This document shows positions 13,765 to 29,559 of a stretch of 64,000 nucleotides of DNA, piece after piece. A program made the translations under genes and the position numbers. Under the pieces are notes generated by a model. The model did not search any database. It was not told where the DNA came from and saw nothing but the letters and a program-made list of their open reading frames with translations. The stretch's first letter is position 1; every line of letters starts with the position of its first letter. The stretch is from the human T2T-CHM13v2.0 reference genome, Homo sapiens, in the NCBI RefSeq assembly GCF_009914755.1, contig NC_060932.1; one strand, given 5' to 3'.

Positions 13765-14105
13765 AGTCCTGTGTGTTTCTCAAACCATCTCAATTTCCTC
13801 CTAGGCACAAAGGAAGACTACATTTCCCAGTCTGATTGTATCTATGTGGGGCTATGCTACCAGTTCTGGCAAATGGACTATGTACCAGCAGCACGATATA
13901 CCACTTCATGCCTAGCACCTACAATCTGCAAGACAGCATCTGCATTCTCCTCTCTGTCTACTGTAGGATTATCAGTGTCCAGCAAAACCAGGACATTCAC
14001 CAACATATTTTGTCAAGTAAGCAAGAAATAAATTTCTATTGTGTTCATGTACTGAAACTTAAGGGTTTCTATTAAAGTGGGATGATTACTTCCGTTGACT
14101 AATAC
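13765..14105 (+). mobile_element. MLT1 (I/J-like) LTR
   Basis: gactacatttcccag...gcaagaaataaatttctattgtgtt...gactaatac. Confidence 0.7.
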
Positions 14106-15169
14106 CTAGCCCAAACTACACTCAATCAAGTATCAATAATAAGCATATTATTTATTATACGTTTGAAAGCTGGAAGAGAATTATTTTGTTCAAAGAAATG
14201 TGGATCAAGTATCTTGAAAGCATTTATCAGTTTAATAACATTTGGCATACTACTTTGTGGAGAAAAATCACATAGGGAACAGAGTACTATACGGTAAATG
14301 CAAAGTCCTTCTATAATATTTTCTGTTGAGCTGACCTCTGCTTTTTGATATGACAAAGTCAAGAACAATCTGAAAAAGTATCAAACACATATGTAGGTGA
14401 GGGTGTTCCCTTCCCTCCCAACAAATGGACTAAAAGGCTCTCTAATAAGGAGACTTAGGATGCAAATCCATTAACAACAACTATATTTGACTCATCATAG
14501 TGCTGCTGGGTGCTACTTGGGAGGAAAATGGGTGACATTCTAATGATCAATTTGTTTATGTATGTTAACTAAATAGGGGCAGAAAAATAAACCCACGAGC
14601 AAAACACTTAGTCTCATAGAACTGAACTAAAACAGAACTAAAAGAGGCATTAGACATTATCTAACTCAATCTCAGTTTACAGATGAGAAAACCCTTTTAA
14701 AGACTCTTCCTGATACAGTTGTTTGGATAGAAACATCATAATATTTTACTTTGAAAATTTCCTAATTAGACGCATCCCACAATCTCTTCTATTTTGGAGA
14801 AATGATAGCCTGCTTAGGGAAATCCTTTCTGCACACTGAACATGACTTGGGAATGGGATGCTCAGGCCTCTGAACACCTGGAGCGAGGGGACCAACACAG
14901 GATGCTAATCTGAAACCAATGGACCCTACCTGGTCATTTTACTCTAAACACTGTCTTCATTTGTCAAACAGTTAAAAATAATTTCCTTTTATTTTATATA
15001 AAAGACATAAAGTTTGTTGAGGAATTTTTATTTTTAAAAGTTCAACAGTTCATCCACTTGCACTACCCCCCAACACACACACACATGGTAAGTGAGATGT
15101 GGTTTATCTGCCTATCACTCGTGTTCATATGTTAAATAAAATATTTAGAAACAAATTAAAATTGAAAGC

Positions 15170-15512
<343 letters not shown>

Positions 15513-15775
15513 CTACATTCATCTGCTATTAAAGTTTTTCAGGTAGGAAAATATTTCCAAAGAAAATATTAGTAACTTATAGCTGATGAACATTAAACAT
15601 TAATGTTAGAGTGTAGAAATTACATCTCACTTTTTGTGAATATAAGTTGAATATGCTCATATTATTGTTAAATAACTTCTGAAAGTATTAAGAAGGCTAC
15701 TTTAATGGTCAAAAAAGTTTTATTTGAGGAAAATGCCACATAAATGTCACCAGTAAAAAACAAAACAAAAAACTA

Positions 15776-15923
15776 ACTAGGCATGGTGGTACCTGCCTGT
15801 AATCCCTACTTGGGAAGCGGAGGTGGGAAGATCCCTTGAGCTCAGGACTTCAAGACCAGCCTGGGCAAGACTGAACATAGCAAGACCCTATCTCAAAACA
15901 AACAAACAAACAAACAAACAAAC
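15776..15923 (+). mobile_element. FLAM/Alu left monomer with (CAAA)n tail
   Basis: Monomer followed by (aaac)n. Confidence 0.85.
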
Positions 15924-17164
15924 GGAACAAAACCACACACAGAGAGACAAACCCAGGAGCCTATTCTGAATCCATTTGGTTCAGAAAAAAAGATGTTATG
16001 TGATTTTTAAAAAGTTATTTCATAGATAGAGAAAGATACACAACCAACATTTTTTTTATGTGAGATTTTCTACTTTAATTTTTTTCACATGGAAAGTGCA
16101 CATACCGGACATACTAGTTTATTCCGCCTCTACTGTTATAGTTCCTCTAGTAAATGATTGATTATAGAACAGCTAACAGCAAACTGGTATTTTTCTTTTG
16201 TCTTTTATTACCTATTTTATTTTTCGAAGTTTACTTTTGATTCTCTCTAAGAATAGTGTTTCTCTTCCATTTCCAAGAACTATGTAGATGTAATGTGAAA
16301 ATCAGGACAATTTCAAACGTCTCTTCCTTCCTTCTCTGCTTGGAGCTCTTTTTTTTTTCTTTTTTTAAAATCTGTTTTTTTTTCTTTCCTTGTACCATTT
16401 ATGTTTAGCCCTTTCACCTCCCTAGTACTCATTTTCTCATTCCCTTTTCCCTTGGCTCTCTCTCAGCTTTGCTTGAAGGTTTTTAGTGGGTTCCTTGCCA
16501 TTAATAGCCAATTATCTTAGTGATAGCAGCACTCCCAGGAATTGAAGTCTCATAAGTGGTTGGGATGGAATTGACACCACAGCCCCACAAACAACTCTAT
16601 AACTGTATGGATTTTAGTGGTTTCTGTACAAACGTTCAGCAACTGGGCAGAAGCTGGTCATCATACAATGTTGTTAAAGAAAAAGAAAGATACATGAGAA
16701 GGAAGGTCATGTTATTTAAATCTAGATTGGTTCATTGCCCTCTCACTGATAGAGGGGTTAAGCAACAAGGTAAAGATAAATAAATATCTAGGGAAACGTG
16801 ATTATATACAGAAAACATTCTGAATATGAAAGGAAATAGTTTGTAATGTGAAAACACAATGGGCCACAGACTTAGGAAAGCTAGTTGAGAAAAAAATCTC
16901 TATTTGTAAAGGATCTAATGGATCTCAGAGGAAAACCTGGCAGAGACTGGGGCGTCAGAATTAGTGGCTCTTTTTCCCAGAGTTAAGGCTAGTTCAGGAT
17001 AAAAGTCTACAAGAGAAAAGTTTGCTCTCTATAATACCATTTCATCAATAACATTGTGTTACAGCCTAGATCCCCCAGGTATCACATTATAGCAAGAATA
17101 CAATATAGAAAAGGTTAAAGGATTAAAATAGACGTCCTTTCTCCCTTCCTTCTGCAAAATTCAT

Positions 17165-17850
17165 GGAATCATATGGACCTGGAAATCATTGATTTCAACC
17201 TCACCCTCAAAGCAGGAAACCCTTAGACAATATTTTTAACAGGTGGTCATCCAGTTTCTGCTTCATTACTTCCCGTGCCAGAGAAGTGAGTCACTGCCTT
17301 GCAAAGCAGTAATTCTACATTTAACATCCTTTTAAAGACAAATACTATCCCATAAAGAGCTGACAGTCATGCATCACTCGCTAGGTACCAGGTGAAGGCC
17401 TCAGTGCTTTACTGGGTGTGTTATTTTGGAAGTTCCCAGATGACCCCCTGCAACAGGCTTGTGGCTTAGAGTGGTTAGGTAGCCAGACTTGCAGAAGGGA
17501 CGGAGTCTGGATTTGGGCCCAGTCTCTTTGAATCCAGACGAGGCCTTCACATCACGCTGAATCACACTTGCCTCCCTGTAGCTTCCACACGTTCACTCTG
17601 GTCTGGATCCCAGAGGACAAAGCACAACTCCCGTTCTTCCACTTCAAAGCCCTCCAGATACGTGAAGATAGTGACTGTCTCTTCTCCCTGCCCTCCCTCT
17701 GCATCCCCTCTCCTCACAGACTAACCACGAACAGATCCCTCTGTTAATTCAGAGGCAAATTTTTTTGAGGCCTCTTTCATTCTAATGCCACTCTTCTAGA
17801 GATGGATGCTCAGGAGCAAACATAATAGATAAGATATGAACAGAGTAATG
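17165..17850 (-). mobile_element. L3/CR1 remnant with nested MIR (~17355-17560)
   Basis: ggtggtcatccagtttctgctt...tcactgccttgcaaagcag, a CR1 antisense motif. Confidence 0.55.
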
Positions 17851-18559
17851 ATTGCAGATGAAATGTTCATTTTTGACTATCAGATTCAGTAAAGGAAAAT
17901 CTTTTCTGAGTAACAAATATAAAAATTGTCATCCATAAATATTTGATATTGCATGTGTCTATGTATACTTGCAAATCTTTTCATTATGAACATAGTAATT
18001 ATCATCTTAAACATATTATAGCACTACATAATAATGATTTATTGCCCAAACTGAATTATGTTTCAGGAATTAAGAATGAATTTGATGGCTACAACCATTT
18101 CTGTGTATCTCTATTTACTGCCATGGCAACAAATTAAAATAGTTTCGTTTAATTAGTTGTTGGTAAAGCACTATGAACATGAAAACTGCTATTAATGGAT
18201 ACACAGTGTTTAGTGTTAATGCTAGTGTTATCATAAATGGCACAGTGTTTATGGACAAAATAAACCAATTTATTTTCCATTAATAGTAATAATTTCATCT
18301 TTGAATTAGGAAAAGGATTTGTTAAAAAAAAACAACAAAATTGTCTAGTCTCCCTTTTATGTTTTTTGTGTTTAAAGGCAGGTTCTTGTTATGTTGATCA
18401 GGCTGGTATCAAACTCTGGGCCTCAAGCAATCCTACAACCTCAGCCTCCCAAAGTTACGTTTTTTTTGGCCAAATTTTAACCAACATTATACACTCAGGC
18501 AGAAGAGAATATGACTGCATATAGTGATGACCAAAATATCCCAATGAAAACAGGTATAC

Positions 18560-18930
<371 letters not shown>

Positions 18931-20249
18931 TAATACAGAAAGGAGGACGGAGATTGCCGGCAATGCAGAGCTGAAGGAATTAACCACATCACCCACCAGG
19001 AACTATTTTCAGAATGGCTCAAGGAGTTGCTTGTGGAGAGCTTTAGATCTCCCCAAATCTTGTCAACTTCCCCAGTGGCCCCCAATGCTTATGCAATCTC
19101 AATAAAAACAGCTGCTTACCAGGAAGGTGCAGTTCCATGCCCAGTCCCCTCCCTTCTCCTCCAACCCTAAGTCTGTCCTAGGTTGAAATTTTGAAGCTCC
19201 TTTAGACCCGCCTCCTGTCATTGACCTCTCAAGTCTTGGAGGTCCCATAGCTGATATCATACAATTTAGAAGCAGAAAAACCCACCAGAGATCCTCTAAT
19301 CCAGCTCTCTGCCTTCTAATAGGTAAAGTATTTTACAGATAAGGAAACACAAAGTACTAAAGAAACACAAAGATAAGCAAACCAGTTGAGCTCAGAGAGT
19401 GCTGCAGATGGAGTGAATGGGCTGGACTCCATCTGGATTGTGGTAGGGTTATGTGGCTTGGGTTGGAAATCTTATCCATGCGTAAACTGAGAATGCCTTC
19501 AGCTATCCTCACTTAGACCAGATTCATGAACCCCAGGCTGAATACTATGTAATGAATTAAATGGACTATCTCATTGCCAGTCATTGAAATGTCCTCTTGT
19601 ACGTGGTGGTAATGAATCAGACCAGGGCTCTTCTTTAGACACTAGTTCACCTCAATACTCATCTAGGGCCAGAAGAGGCCAAAGATGTGAAGAAGGATGA
19701 ATTTGACTTCAACATTAATCTTCCTCTGAATATCCTGTGTATCCATGTTGCAACTCCCCAGGATTGACCCTTTCAGCCGTGTCTTATTGTCTTCAGCATC
19801 CCCTGTGTCCTAGCCCCTACTCCCACCACTAATTAGAATTTACCTATCCTTGGGATCATCCCATGTGACTGCCAAAGGACTCTCTTACAGTCCTTACTCT
19901 ATTGCCAGGTAACGTATTTGTGGTTTAAAGGGATATTTTGATCGCTTAAGCCTGAGGAATGATTGAAAATGGCAATTTCAGGCCCTATGGCAAATCAATG
20001 ATAGAACTTTCTGTGCTGAAGAATCTGACCTGAGAAAGGTCTGCTTGCAAGATGCCGAGAGCCACCAGTGGGGACACTGTCCAAATACAGCTGATACAAA
20101 ACTGGCTGCTGGAGATGCTGTCCAGGGAATTTGGGTGACATTGGGCCACATGGCCTTTCAGACACCCTCCAACCCTGGGATTCCAGACTGTGTCAAATGA
20201 TAGATCCGTGGCAACTTACAGGGGCTTTCCTATGGTTACTGGAAGGATT

Positions 20250-20871
20250 TGTGATGGCTGATTTCATGTATTAAACAGACAGGACTAAGGGATGCCACAA
20301 AGCTGGTAAAAAATTATTTCTGGGTGTCTGTGAGGGTGTTTCCAGAAGAGATTCATATTCAAATTGGTAGACTGAGTACAGAAAATCATCCTCACCAATA
20401 TGAATGGCCATCGTCCAGTTTGGTGAGGGCCTGAAGAGAACAAAAAGGCAAAGGACGAGTGAGTTCCATCTCTATTTAGGCTGGCACATCCTCTTCTGCT
20501 GCATTTGGACACTGGTACTTCTAGTTTCTGGGCCTTCACACTCAGAACAGAACTTGCATCATGGGTTCCTGATTCTCAGACCTTTGGACTTGGACTGAAT
20601 TATACCACCAGCTTTCTTGGTTTTCCAGTTTGCAGATAGTGGATCATGAGACTTTTTGGCCTCCATAATCACATAAGACAATTCCCATAATAAATCTCTC
20701 TACATATATTTAATATATATAATCATATAGATTTTAATATATATTAAAGTTATATACACATTAAAAGTATATATATATAATTTTAGGAGAAAATTTATAT
20801 TATAGATTATTTATATATACAATCTCCTATTGATTCTGCTGGTTCTGTTCCTCTTGGACACCCTAACTAAT
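20250..20871 (+). mobile_element. MLT2 (ERVL) LTR with internal AT-rich tract
   Basis: tgtgatggctgatttc...tgggtgtctgtgagggtgtttccagaagagatt; AT-rich low complexity at 20700-20820. Confidence 0.88.
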
Positions 20872-21255
20872 CCTTGAATCCTGATCTATCCTTAGCCCTG
20901 TGCAGTGCTTATCAAACCATATCACCTCAGATTGTTGTAATTATCAGCCAACATGTGGCATGTCAGAAAGAGGGACTCAAAAGCTCTTAATAAGCTGGGC
21001 TATGAACTGATCTAACAAGGCGACTTTAGAATACATGTCTCTTTATCAAACTTTCCAGAGCTCCTCTCATCCCCATAATCTGTTTTATGTTCCTCTCTTA
21101 CCGTCTAATTTCTTTTCCTTAAAACTAACCACTTTGCCTGAATTTGGGGTCCCTTTTTCTTTCTTTTACAGGACTTTTATCACTCAAGAGAAGTCTTCTT
21201 CCTGTTAATCTTTCAAATTTATGTCTTACCTTTCTATTCCCCCTAGACCCCACAT

Positions 21256-21558
21256 TTATTTATTTATCTATTTGTCTATCTATTTGTTTATTTAAGACAG
21301 GGTCTCTTTCTGTTGCCCAGACTGCAGTGCAGTAGTGCAACTTACTGCAGTCTTAACCTCCTGGGCTCAAGCGATCCCCCTGTCTCAGCCTTCTGAATAG
21401 CTGAAACCACAAGCATGTACCACCATGCCCAGCTAATTTTTTTATTTTTTTGTAGAGACAGGGTCTCGCCATGTTGCCCAGGCTGGTGTCAAACTACTGG
21501 GCTCAAGTGAACCTCCCATTTTGACCTCCGAAGGTGCTGTGAAGGTGTGAGCCTGGCC
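21256..21558 (-). mobile_element. AluJ
   Basis: Alu dimer; degenerate TSD tagaccccaca/tagatcccaca. Confidence 0.93.
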
Positions 21559-21589
21559 CTTAGATCCCACACTTCTGTCAAGAGAAATA

Positions 21590-21830
21590 ATACCTAAATT
21601 TATTGAGTAGTTATTATGTGTTAGACACTGGGCTAAGCAATTAAAATAGGTTATCTCATTTATTTCTCACAACACCTTTCTGTGATGGGTATTAGTTTTA
21701 TTCCTATTTAGTATATGAGGCAATAAAGCATAGATAGATTTAAAATCTTGCCCAAGGACAGACAGTAAATGCTGAAGTCTGGGTCCAAATCCAGGCAGTT
21801 CAACTCCAGAGCTCTTAACCACTAAGCCCC
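21590..21830 (-). mobile_element. MIR
   Basis: tttattgagt...atctcatttatttctcacaac...cttgcccaagg. Confidence 0.75.
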
Positions 21831-22554
21831 CTCATCTTCATTATCTTAATCCCCGGCAATTTGACCTTTACCTCCACACTGCTGAAACTGCTTTCTACCT
21901 GCTAGTCCTTGTCTTACTTGACTTTTCCTCGACGGACCTTTTTTTCCTTGGCTTTGTGAGACCATGGGAATCCTTTTTTCTCTGCAAACATCTTTCATAT
22001 GAAAAGGTTAGAGCCTTTGCATTCTTTTCCCTACTCTTCTTTTTCTTACTTTTTCCTGTTTGCCCTTGAAAATCTTTTTCCATAGTTTCAATTACAAAAT
22101 CAGTGCATGTATCTGTGCTCATTTCTGGGCTTCAGTTTTTCATTCTAACAGCACATGATATCTGAATCTGCATGTCCCAGTGACATCTCAAGCTCAGCAT
22201 GTCCCAAGCTGAATTTATCATCTTCCATTAACTACTTTTCTGTATCCTGACTTCATCTCCTCCTCCTGACTCTTAGAGATGCTATGATGTCATGGAAAGA
22301 ACACCAGCCAGGGAACTCAGAAGACATGGACTCCAGTCCCTGATATGCTTGCTATATGACCTAGAGGTCTTCATCAAACCCTTTCTCTAGGCTAAGGGAG
22401 TCTACTGGACAATATCATGTCCCTCCCAACCCTTCAGACCTGTGGCTCCTGATGTCCCATTTGCATCATTCTTTCAATAACCCAGGGATGAAGTCTTACA
22501 TTCATCTCTCATCCCACATAAACAGCCTTCAAATGGAAAGAGAGTTTTTCTAAT

Positions 22555-23620
22555 AATTAATTTATTCCTCTCATTAATGTATATTCACAGAATACCCTAC
22601 TATGCAACAACACTGGGAAATAGTGGAGAATGAAGGAGAAAAGTCCCCTCCATCATGGGGCTTACAGTCTAGTGCAGGAGGCTGACAATAAACATCTGCA
22701 CAAATAAACGTATTATATGGTATCAAGGAACAATAAGAACTGTGAAGAAAAATGAAGCAGGTTAAGGGTTTATCAGTGACTTAAGGGTTGGGGGGTATTT
22801 ATTTTAGTTAGGATGGTGTAAGGAGATGATATCTGGGCACCAACCTAAATGAATGAGGGAATGCACCACACAAACATGAACGGAAACAGCCTTTCAGGCA
22901 GAAGGAAAAGACAGCATGGGTTGTGAAACAGGAACGATCTCAAGATTCCTCTCAAGAGCCAGGACCCTAGGCCTCAGAGGCCATGGTAAGGCTTTTGCAG
23001 TTAAATTTTATTTTATTTATTTATTTTTTGAGACAGGGTCTCGTTTTGTTGCTCGGGCTGGAGTGCAGCGGCATGATCTTCGCTCACTGCAGCCTTAACC
23101 TCTTGGGCTCAAGTGATCTCCCACCTCAGCCTTCCAAGCAGCTGGGGCTACCACAGGCACGCGCCACCACCCCTGGCTAATTTTTGTATGTTTTGTAGAG
23201 ACGGGGGTCTTGCCATGTTGCCCAGGCTGGTCTCGAACTCCTGCGCTCAAGTGATCCACATGCCTCTGCCTCCCAAAGTGTTGGGATTATAGGCGTGAGC
23301 CACTGCATTTGGCCTGGAGTTAGATTTTAACTGTGATGGGATACCTTAGAGGATTTTAAGCCCACGAGTAACTTGGCCTGATTACATTTTAAAAGATCAC
23401 TTTCTGCCCTGTGGAGAATAAAGCACGGGCGTTGGGGCAGGACAACAGTGACAGCAGGAAGACTGCTTACGATTCAGAATCTGCTGCAATCAGCCAGGTG
23501 AGAGATCACAGTGGCTTGGACCAGAATATATTGGTGCAAGTGATGAGCTTACTGAATAAGCTAACTGATGAGGTGTAATATCCCTTTAGAAAAGGGAAGA
23601 AATCAGGAATGTTGTCCATG
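22555..23620 (-). mobile_element. L2 interrupted by AluJ (23005-23314)
   Basis: catggggcttacagtctagtg...ccatggtaagg / gatcacagtggcttggaccag. Confidence 0.8.
23005..23314 (-). mobile_element. AluJ
   Basis: Alu dimer; TSD agttaaatttta/agttagatttta. Confidence 0.95.
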
Positions 23621-23691
23621 AGTTGTTCTTGGACCACAGGTTATCCAAGGACTCTTACTCTGAGATTCTACACACTGCGAAGCTTGATCCC

Positions 23692-24006
<315 letters not shown>

Positions 24007-24844
24007 TGATCCCATTTTATATAGAACCTTCTTCATCTACTTTTATGGCCCACTACCTCCTGTAAACCAGAGGCAAACTGCGAAATGAATTAACTCAGAG
24101 AAGAACAAAGTTAATTGGAGCTGGCTGAGCTAATATCCTATCTATGGGAGTGCCATAGGGAATGTTGTACGATACTCATTTTAGTTATATGTGTAGTCAG
24201 AATTCCTTGGGCCTTAGACTCAAGGTAAAGGGATGCACTTTGTGAAGATTAAGTGAGAGAATGTGTGTGAAAACCACAAAGCTATAAAGTTCTATGGACA
24301 TCCAAGTGACCATGCTTCGTTTAAGTAAAATTCAGTGCAAATAGTGCAAGCAAATGTTTTCCAGTGTGCTATGTCACTTTTCAAAGCTGTAACTACTGGA
24401 AATGCTACATCTCTTGCACTTACCTGGGTTATCCACAAAGACGGCTAAAATAACTGTAAGTCAATATGTATCAGGTAAACACATTGGACTACGCCCAGGC
24501 AGCTTTCAAATAGATGACACAAGACTAGGGATGTGTCCAAACATGTTCTGAACAACAAGCATTCCTCTGTTTTGATATAATCTGCAAAAGTTTTCTGACG
24601 CATTATTTATCCTTGTTAAAAATAAACCAGAAACCTTAATTGCTAATATTATTTCAAAACTGTGCCTTTCCTATGTGGCTTTACAGAGGGTTAAAAGAAT
24701 GAAGGAACATATTTGAAAAGGGGAGACAAGACGAAAGACACAATCAGAACTGCATTTTTTAAAAAATTCTATTTTGGATTTTTTTTTAACTTTTTCATAA
24801 TTCAGAGTTTTACATGAATTCCACTATCAAAGAAACTTTAAGAG

Positions 24845-26249
24845 AAAAAACAATTTATCTTTATTAAAATTGTTTTTATTTTGTGCGTATGTGTTTATAT
24901 GGGAACAAAACAAAACTGATGAGAAACAGCTGAATGAACATGTGGCTTTTAAAACGTTACATAATAAAAGGGAAGGGAAAGGTCTGGAGTCCTACATTGC
25001 ACATATGATATTTTGTCCCTGTAGGCTCCTTTTTGTTTTCTTAAGGATATCAAATGCCAGTGTGATTTCACAGGTGACCCAGCTTCTAGAATTACATTCT
25101 GCAAAATTGTTTCCCTTCCAGAGGCTCAGTGAAATGTGGGGTGATGGCTTCCACATGAGGATAAGTCCCCAACATGTTCTCCAAGCAAACCCAGGCACAC
25201 GTTTCAAACCAAAGTGACAGATACACTAAATCTAGGTCCATTATATAGAAAGTAAAGAAAATGATATGTAACAGAAGAACGTTAGTGATTGAAATATCAA
25301 AAAACTTACATTTTCCACTAGCAAAGTAGGGTTTTTGTGTTTTGTTTTTCAATAAAGTTGACCATGTCTGGATACCAATGAAATTTGTGCAGTTTTCTTT
25401 CTAAATAAAATCCTGGGATATAAACAAAAAGCACCTCACAAAAATGCTTTTGTCTTGGTCGCTGAAATACAACTGAATTCAAAATAACTGAATTCATGAA
25501 GAGCTTGAAGGCATATCACAAACCCATACAATGCTATTGAGCACAGACTTGGGCATCTTAATTTCACTTATAATGTTTGAGTTTGCTGCCAAAAGTTCAA
25601 TTCTCTCCCTTTTTTAATTGAAGTACTTATGAAAAAACTGTACTTCCTAAAAAGAAAGCACAACCTTATAAGAAGAAAATTAATTGCTCTCATCTCCAGT
25701 TAAACACAACTTCCATCGTTATAAAATCAAAAAGATTAATTGTACCAGTGAGCTGGCCAACAATACGAATAGGCTGGAGGTACTGACAAAAAGAAATGTT
25801 CCTCAATTCAACCTACCTCCTCTCCCCAATAATCTGGTTCTTATCCATAAACTACTTTGACCTTACAGAAAGAAGAGGCTTATAAAAAATGGGCAGAACA
25901 GAAAAGAGTAGAATTCCTGTAAAGACCCAAGACTTGAAGCCTACTAACCAAGAGATCAATTCCATGTTTAGCATCAGGCCATATCTTGCCAAATATGATA
26001 GACTGGCAAATAGGATATTTGGCCAAAATGGCTGTGGTAAAAATTTGTACATGCAGAATGACTCCATATAAACAGATTTTGGAACAGTTTTAGTGGTAGT
26101 TCAAGGTCAAAAACCTTTCCATACATACTATGATACTCAGCTGAACAGAGCTCACAAACAACTCTCTCGTCTGTTAGTGTTTTTGGAGGGCTGATGTGCT
26201 GCAGTTTCTGCACAGTTGTCAATATCCCCTTGAACTTAACAAATTCTGG
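24845..26249 (-). other. Terminal exon H (~1.4 kb, 3'UTR-like)
   Basis: Acceptor gtttctttcccag|CCAG at 26249; repeat-free AT-rich stretch ending at poly(A) signals. Confidence 0.65.
24860..24880 (-). terminator. Tandem polyadenylation signals
   Basis: tttatt at 24860-24865 and 24875-24880 (AATAAA on minus), followed on minus by a T-rich tract (ttgttttttctct...gtttcttt). Confidence 0.6.
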
Positions 26250-26367
26250 CTGGGAAAGAAACTAGTAGATTGGGGTCCAATCTATTGCTTTTGCAGGTTA
26301 CCTTTAGGTTTAGAGTTGTTGGGGGAAATAACATGACCACATATTGTATGAAATCTTGAATAGGCAT

Positions 26368-26709
26368 TTCTATGGTTTGAGTGTTTGTCCCATCCAAAAC
26401 TTATGCTGAAGTTAAATTGCCGATGGAATGGTATTGGGAGATGGGGTTTTTAAGAGGTGGTTAAGCACTAAGAGCTCCACACTCATGAGTGGGCTTAATG
26501 CCTTAATAAAAGGGCTTTTGAGAGTAGGCTCCTTCTTTTGCCATTTCCCCTTTTGCCACAGATGACACAGCAAGAAGGCCCTTACCAGATGCCAGTCCTT
26601 TGGTCTTGGACTTCCCAGCCTCCAGAATGGTGAGACAATACTTTTCTGTTCAACATAAATTACCTAGTCTGTGGTATTTTGTTATAGCAGCACAAAATAG
26701 ACTAAGACA
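26368..26709 (+). mobile_element. MaLR LTR (MSTD/MLT1A-like)
   Basis: ctatggtttgagtgtttgtcc...aatagactaagaca; TSD ggcat/ggctt. Confidence 0.88.
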
Positions 26710-27695
26710 GGCTTTAACTGCTTTCTGATATTTTCTGCAGGATCTGAGTCTTTGTTTTCTGCTCAACAAGCTGCTGAGCAGCAATCCCAGCCCCAGGGCC
26801 CAGAGCACCTTCCTCTGGGAGTCCAGCCTCAGGACTGTGCTCTGCCTGCCCCTACTGCACAGGCCTCAGAGCCACCCACCTCAACTCTGGTTCAGCCACA
26901 GTCAGAAGCAAGTAAGATGCTGTGCTACACTGATGAGCTCTATGAATCTGCTTTTCGTTTTCAGGACCTTTCCATTTGGCTCCTGCTTATCAATATTTAT
27001 CACTTTCATTGATTGTTCTCTATTTATTAATCTTATTTAGGCCCTCATTGCCTTACTATTGAATTACTGCTCCGGTCTCCTAGCTGCTTTTTCTCCTCAA
27101 TCCACGCTATTTACTAATGCCAGCCTGTACCTTTGATTATATAATTGCCCTTTCCTGAGCCAGCCTGGTGTAATGCAAGAGCCTGAGCTTTGGAGCGTCA
27201 GATAGGATTCAATTCTAGGCTCTTCCTTAATTAGTCTAAATAAATCACTCTATCTTTAAGCCCATTGACTAATCTGTAAATGTGTTAATCCCTACATGAT
27301 TGTTGAATAGATTAAATAATATTATATCAATTATATCCTAGAAAGCATCTACTACAGATATTAAATGAATGTAAAGTATCTTTTGTTCTTTTTCACTGTA
27401 AGTCATTCCATAGTCCTTAATCTTGTCACTAAGACTTTTAACGCCAGGTAATTGTTTCTAGGAGTTTGCTGTCTAATGAGAACAACGACATACAAATATA
27501 ATTAAAACACAAATGTACTGTGAGATTGAAAGAACTATGGAAGTGCTATGAGAACTTTGCTCAGTGGTACCATAAAGCCTTACAGAAGAGATTCTTCAAG
27601 GATGAATAGGAGTTTGGTGGAGAGACGGGAAAGATTGTATAGAAAAATGTGAAGGCTTAAGCATGTTCCAAGGTGGGATGGAGATGAGACTTTTA

Positions 27696-28092
<397 letters not shown>

Positions 28093-28894
28093 TTACAGTC
28101 AGTAAAGGGAAAATTTTAAGGAGAATATGATATGAAACCAAGAGATTCACAAGACAATAGAAAAAGTTGACAAGGGACCTGTATATCCCTCTCATATATC
28201 TCTCATTTTGAATTTAACAAAAGTGTTAAGGGAGGTGAGACTGACAGTAGCCAGCCGCCCTTGAACACAGCCAAGCTTCTTTCCTGGACAAACAATAAGC
28301 ATTTCTAAGCAACAGCACAGATCTCTTGAAAGCGGCAGTGCTCAGTAGCTGGTTTCTAGGACCGATTCTACAGAAGTTTACCCAAGTGATTAGGAAATTC
28401 TTTGCTCTGGCAAAGATTAGATCTCTTTACAGAATGATAGTAAGTAATTATCCCTTACTTCAGGAACACCTTCTCCATTTAAAGGGGAAGGAAATCCTAG
28501 AAATGGAAGGAAGGAAAAGAATCCAGCCATCTGATTTAGCCAAAAATCAGCTAGTGTTGGGAGGGTGGAGAAGATGCTGTTAACATTTGTGGGTCACCTC
28601 CTAGGTCCTAGCATTCCACTAGATGCTTTATAAACATTCTCATTAAATCCTCACAATAACCTGTCAGGTAAGTGTTTTTATTCCCAGTTGAATTCAGGGC
28701 TTGCATTACGTCTAATCATCACTAGATTCTCAAGTCATTTCTTTTAAATCTCCTTTCTGGCTATAACCATCATCCCTTATCCTCTGCCCCTAAAAGATGA
28801 TTACCAAGGATGGTTGAAATTAATTTCAAGTTAAGTTTGGGGAAGCAAACTCTTATAGGGATTACACAATAAGAAACAAGAAAACATTGTATAG

Positions 28895-29217
<323 letters not shown>

Positions 29218-29502
29218 GGTAACTAGATCTTATACTTCTGACCTTTTCATCATTTTAGCAGCAACCGATTTCCTTTATTGGGCCATCACTTATTCATTCA
29301 ACAAATGAGTTAAGTTCCCAGCATCATGCATCTGGCTGAGGTCAGGCTCAACAAAGGGCCATGCCTATTCTTACTCAATCTTGGCACTGTATTCCTTACC
29401 ATTTCTTTCTGCCTTTTGAAATGCCCAAGTATAACTTTGCCTTGAGTTTCCAAGACAAGCTCAAGCTCCTTTGTCTTCTGAGTTGATGCAATGTTGGATT
29501 AC

Positions 29503-29559
29503 CAAATAAAGCTCCAGATGCCAATCCTTTCAGTAAGATCTGATGAGGTTTTGTTAAAG
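29503..29559 (-). other. Exon G, 57 nt
   Basis: tttcttttgtcag|CTTTAACAAAACC...GCTTTATTTG|gtaatc. Confidence 0.6.

Noticed and set aside
20700-20820. AT-rich palindromic tracts (also 41185-41322)
   Set aside because: Ordinary degenerate (TA)n expansions inside MLT2 and L1M
19370-21030. Possible plus-strand L3/CR1 fragments around the MLT2
   Set aside because: Similarity too weak by eye to set boundaries
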